From NCBI GenBank assembly GCA_043826355.1, contig JBDRQI010000017.1:1-15142 (forward strand): DNA of 15,142 nucleotides, read 5' to 3'. Of this stretch, positions 14,878-15,142 are shown piece by piece (position 1 is the first letter of the stretch; every line of letters begins with the position of its first letter). The notes under the pieces are model-generated. The model made no database searches and was not told where the DNA came from. It saw only the letters and a program-made list of their open reading frames with translations. Both the position numbers and the translations under genes were made by a program. This stretch comes from Candidatus Omnitrophota bacterium (lineage in GTDB: Bacteria; Ratteibacteria; UBA8468; MWAK01).

Positions 14878-14950
14878 GAAAAAAACAGTGGTTTTGAAGG
14901 TGCAAAAAGTAGTTGACGCAACCGCGATTCTGCTGGCGGCCAATCTTTTT

Positions 14951-14980
14951 ATTAAACCACCTTTTTGTTCGGTATGTCAA
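14951..14980 (-). promoter_or_regulatory. sigma70-type promoter with extended -10 for the main operon
   Basis: Minus strand TTGACA (14980-14975), 18-nt spacer ending TGG, TTTAAT (14956-14951); same hexamers as the promoter at 3278-3306. Confidence 0.65.
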
Positions 14981-15063
14981 TTTGTCTTCTCGCCCGGTCG
15001 CCCGGCAGCGTATCCGGAGAATGCCGGTTTTGCCTTGAATCCGGCCCCGTATGTTTTTCGCAT
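14977..15063 (-). pseudogene. 28-codon ORF resembling the N-terminus of an IS3-family transposase OrfA (relic) or a small peptide
   Basis: Hand translation MRKTYGAGFKAKPAFSGYAAGRPGEKTN*, preceded by a strong RBS AGGAGGAGG. Resembles the MRKxYxxxFKAKVALEAxxGEKT pattern of IS3 OrfA HTH starts. Confidence 0.45.
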
Positions 15064-15142
15064 CCCCCTCCTCCTGTCGTGTTATCCTGATATATGTTAA
15101 AATATGCCCATCAGGGTTCCGCCGGTTTCCGGTTTCCGGGGG

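Noticed and set aside
15115..15142. CCGGTTT short tandem repeat at the right edge; possible CRISPR or repeat array
   Set aside because: Only about two units and truncated by the window edge; no spaced repeats or cas genes were seen anywhere in the window.

Overview
All credible genes in this window lie on the minus strand and form a carbohydrate-utilisation-type locus. The DUF1559/H-X9-DG pilin and DUF4838 content suggests a PVC-superphylum-like or similar environmental bacterium (inference). In transcription order (right to left): a 668-aa cytoplasmic putative TIM-barrel glycoside-hydrolase-like protein; an ASRT-family (sensory rhodopsin transducer-like) protein with no rhodopsin nearby; an M24-fold hydrolase lacking the two Asp metal ligands; a PIG-L/LmbE deacetylase; a CE4 deacetylase; a URO-D-superfamily protein; an L-arabinose/L-fucose isomerase-family protein; an exported 239-aa protein; an exported DUF4838+CBM9-like protein; a type IV prepilin-like DUF1559/H-X9-DG protein with its own sigma70 promoter and 3' hairpin; two MDR dehydrogenases; and the start of a signal-peptide protein cut by the left edge. 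No transporter, kinase, aldolase or regulator is visible. The most interesting reading is a 'pilin-centred' sugar-utilisation locus for a chemically decorated (N-acyl/amidino) sugar. Non-coding oddities include a (CG)8 tract, a possible IS200/IS605 end relic, and a 28-codon IS3-OrfA-like relic whose stop codon overlaps the operon's -35 box. Family calls are motif recognition by eye, not database searches.
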